Below are positions 61,199 through 64,000 of a stretch of DNA of 64,000 nt, piece after piece. Every line of letters starts with the position of its first letter. Position 1 is the stretch's first letter. The translations under genes were made by a program, and so were the position numbers. Under the pieces are notes generated by a model, which was not told the origin of the DNA, searched no databases, and worked only from the letters and a program-made list of their open reading frames with translations. Source of the stretch: Candidatus Parcubacteria bacterium (GTDB taxonomy: Bacteria > Patescibacteriota > Minisyncoccia > Phycocordibacterales > CAIJYI01); NCBI GenBank assembly GCA_026395595.1, contig JAPLYL010000002.1, forward strand, positions 122,111-186,110, written 5' to 3'.

Positions 61199-63295
61199 TT
61201 AAAATGGCACAATATCCAACGTCGTCTTCCTCGCCGAACAATCAACACTCACCCCCGGCGGACTAGAAGGACTTCCACAAGTCCAATTCCAGTAGATCTC
61301 CCCTCCCACCGTACTCTTCGTCACTTCAGTGGCACTTCCTACATAACATCTCGCACCAACCGAAGGAGCCATAAATGAAGGAATGCCGTTCGCACTTCCG
61401 CATCTGCCGTTCTGAGAACGGGATGCCGTACAAGTGAGAGAACCGCAGGTCCAAGTAGCGGAAGAACCCGGTGCAGGAAATGCGACTGCAGGGGCACCTA
61501 CGGTGGAACCGCAAGCGTTTCCGGTGTAAGAGGTATTGGCTTCGGTGTAATTCTTTGCCGCCGTACCACAGGTGATTACCGGACAGGGTTTTGTTCCCGA
61601 AACCGTTGCTCTGTTGTGTCCGCAACCATCACTCTGAGGTACCTTAGCGGTCGTGCAGGTGGTGGAAGTATCGGTGGGAGTCCAGACGGGTTCGCAGTTC
61701 GCGATGCAGGTTCCACCACTTCTATGGAAGTTGGTTGAACAGTGGTATTGGCACTGAGGAGCGGTGTCACTGGTGGAGAAAGTATATTGGGTCGTATTGT
61801 TCGTTACGGTAGCATCTCCCGGGTAGAGAGTGGTGTTTGGAGGGAGAGTGCCTTGGCAGGAGAAGACAGACACGGCGGTACTGGTAACGGTAGCGGAACG
61901 AGTGATAGTGCTTCCGTTGTTTCCCGTACACGTAAGCGTGTAGGTTCTCCTTCCCTCAGGAGCAAGGAAAGGTGAAGTTCCTGAAATGAGAGTATTGGGG
62001 GTTATAGCTCCAACTCCGTTGTTTACCGAACAGGAAGTGACGTAGGAAGAAGCAACGTAGTAGTTAAAGTTAGCTCCTACTGCTCCGGTAACAGAAGTTC
62101 CATAAGTGGAAGCGGTCAGTGATTTTACCTTAAACTCTGCGGTGGGGGTTCCTGAGATGACGAGAGAGATGGGAGTCCAGGGTGAGCAGGCTCCGTTTTG
62201 ATCGCAAGCAACAGCAGAAATGCCTTTAGTGCCGGTAGTCGTCCATGGATGTATTCCTGTTGCTGTTGTGCCTGAGGTGTACGTGTGGGCATTGTTGACG
62301 TGGCCGAAAAGTTGATCCACATCATCACCTGTTCCACCGACTCCGTCGCTGTTTACGGTGGTGTCCCAGTCTATGCCATAAGCGAGTTTATCTCCCGCGT
62401 CTGCATCGGTTCCGATGAGAGTGAAGGATTGATTGTTGTTGACGAGGTAGTTGTTGGCGGAGTTTGAAGTGAAGGTTATGGAGGGCGGGTTGTTGGCGGG
62501 GACGGGGGCGAGGGCGGTGAGGGTGAAGTCTATTTGCTGGGCGGGGACGGAGAGGACATAATCTGAAGGACCAACAGAAGCATATATCAAACAAGAAATA
62601 GAATCATAACAATTAGTAAAACCAGTTCTCATGGGAACACTCGTAAAATAATTAAAAATATTTATGTCTGCGTTTCTGACTTGAGATAGATACTTGTAAT
62701 AAAATTTTCCAGAGGTTTCTGAAAAATTAACCGAAGCGGTTATAGCGCCCGGACCAGTAACTGTACATATTCCGTTTAAACAGGAAAGATTTGAAGTAGA
62801 ACCAAGAGAAGAGATTGGCGGGGTTATGGAAAGCGGAATATAAATATCGATAAGACCATTTCCAAGAGGAGCGACTACTCTGTTTACTTTAAAATTATCC
62901 ATTACCGGATTTGCCGGGGCCGCAGCGTTATCAATCCATGTTCCGATTGGGGTATCCATGGAAGAACCTGTACCATTCCAAAAAATATCAGAATCAACAT
63001 ACGGTATTTTTTCAAACATAAGCCTTGTTCCTACGTTTACGGTTGAATCATCTTCAATAACAGCTTTTGTGTCAACATTAACAATTTGAGCATGATAAGT
63101 AACCGTTCCGGTAACGCCGGACAGTCCAAGTGCCCACCCAGAAAGACCATCGCAAGCAGCAGAACCCCCACAATTCCAGTAGTAGTACAGATCCGGTATG
63201 CTTCCCATAGTCCAAATAGTACTCTTTGCTTCCACTCCCCTCACGTTTATCATTCCAAAAAGAGCCAAAACAATGACGAGTAAAAATGTTCTCAT
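61199..63295 (-). CDS. Large secreted Cys/Thr-rich surface protein
   Basis: Signal peptide, PKD-like (YGIDWD, YTLTC) and Cys-rich (CGSANG, WNWTC) modules. Confidence 0.8.
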   Translation of the reverse strand: MRTFLLVIVLALFGMINVRGVEAKSTIWTMGSIPDLYYYWNCGGSAACDGLSGWALGLSGVTGTVTYHAQIVNVDTKAVIEDDSTVNVGTRLMFEKIPYVDSDIFWNGTGSSMDTPIGTWIDNAAAPANPVMDNFKVNRVVAPLGNGLIDIYIPLSITPPISSLGSTSNLSCLNGICTVTGPGAITASVNFSETSGKFYYKYLSQVRNADINIFNYFTSVPMRTGFTNCYDSISCLIYASVGPSDYVLSVPAQQIDFTLTALAPVPANNPPSITFTSNSANNYLVNNNQSFTLIGTDADAGDKLAYGIDWDTTVNSDGVGGTGDDVDQLFGHVNNAHTYTSGTTATGIHPWTTTGTKGISAVACDQNGACSPWTPISLVISGTPTAEFKVKSLTASTYGTSVTGAVGANFNYYVASSYVTSCSVNNGVGAITPNTLISGTSPFLAPEGRRTYTLTCTGNNGSTITRSATVTSTAVSVFSCQGTLPPNTTLYPGDATVTNNTTQYTFSTSDTAPQCQYHCSTNFHRSGGTCIANCEPVWTPTDTSTTCTTAKVPQSDGCGHNRATVSGTKPCPVITCGTAAKNYTEANTSYTGNACGSTVGAPAVAFPAPGSSATWTCGSLTCTASRSQNGRCGSANGIPSFMAPSVGARCYVGSATEVTKSTVGGEIYWNWTCGSPSSPPGVSVDCSARKTTLDIVPF

Positions 63296-64000
63296 GATGT
63301 TTGAATCTTTTTCTTACGAATAATGAGTATTGAAAGAACAACAAATAAAAGAACCCCCGTACCGATTACCATCTTCATCGTAGTGCTCATCGGTTTCGGA
63401 CAATCCGTCCCAATTTTATCGCATTCATACTTCATCGTCACTTGGTCAACCAATTTGTCATCCTGATAGAGTTTTGCTTCAAGAGAAAAGTTTTTGTAGG
63501 TCTTTGACGGTTTGAAAGTATCTTTAACGGCCATCATCGCTCCGGATACCGCCCCGTTGTAGGTGTAAGAATGGATAAGGTTGTTGTTTTCATCTTTGAG
63601 ATCAAGGATAAGTTTGTTGTTCTGGACGGTAGCCGTTCCGGAGTTGTGAACGCAGGAAAAAACAGTATTCTCTGTATCTTGTTCCAGAGGATAGGCTGTT
63701 ATGGAAGGAAAATTAAGGCGCACCTTATCAACACCGTCTCTGACGTAACGGATATCCAAGATGGATTTTGTATCTTGATATTTTGCTTCCGCGACGAGAA
63801 GATGTACGGTGTGAGTTCTGTTGGTATCAGTATAAGAAAGAGTTTTAGTCTCTTTGGCATTAAGAATAACATCTTCCTCTTTTGTGTTGAGAAGATTCTC
63901 TTCTGTTTGGGCATCCCAACCATACAATTTCCACGTCACTCGGACAATCTGTGATTCATTGGTTCCGTTTACGAGTTCGGCTGTTACAGGAATATCTTTA
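63292..64000 (-). CDS. C-terminally membrane-anchored hypothetical protein, probably 5' partial
   Basis: ORF extends toward the window end; C-terminal TM followed by RKKK. Confidence 0.7.
   Translation of the reverse strand, partial: KDIPVTAELVNGTNESQIVRVTWKLYGWDAQTEENLLNTKEEDVILNAKETKTLSYTDTNRTHTVHLLVAEAKYQDTKSILDIRYVRDGVDKVRLNFPSITAYPLEQDTENTVFSCVHNSGTATVQNNKLILDLKDENNNLIHSYTYNGAVSGAMMAVKDTFKPSKTYKNFSLEAKLYQDDKLVDQVTMKYECDKIGTDCPKPMSTTMKMVIGTGVLLFVVLSILIIRKKKIQTS

Noticed and set aside
1-64000. Alternative genetic code (UGA readthrough)
   Set aside because: Core genes are full length under code 11 and TGA acts as a stop (e.g. comM)

Overview
AT-rich bacterial chromosomal segment, standard genetic code. 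It most likely comes from a Patescibacteria/CPR (Parcubacteria-like) genome; this is inferred from the PPIase-less trigger factor, fermentative enzymes and many orphan acidic or Cys-rich surface proteins. Housekeeping genes: rsmA, pcrA, comM, pnp, xth, cca, yraN, nrdD/nrdG, alr, HU, rny, clpP, malic enzyme, tig, hppA, nusA, ADP-forming acetate-CoA ligase, gltX, guaB and 6 tRNAs. Accessory material: one intact and several decayed toxin-antitoxin loci, an RloA/RloB (AbiL-like) pair, and a LexA-like/RhuM/BRO-N cluster. Most striking structures: (i) palindromes of identical geometry (CAG-N21-CTG) inside the BRO-N and RhuM coding regions, plus two alternative in-frame-compatible palindromic 'cassettes' just downstream of BRO-N; (ii) about 9 parS-like sites, 8 inside cca; (iii) a four-helix-bundle gene enclosed by heptamer-repeat inverted arms, with gene-less copies of the same architecture elsewhere; (iv) a diverged duplicate of the comM 3' half starting exactly at Walker B; (v) several small palindromic repeat families, some inserted in frame into yraN and cca. 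All calls were made by eye; no database searches were run.
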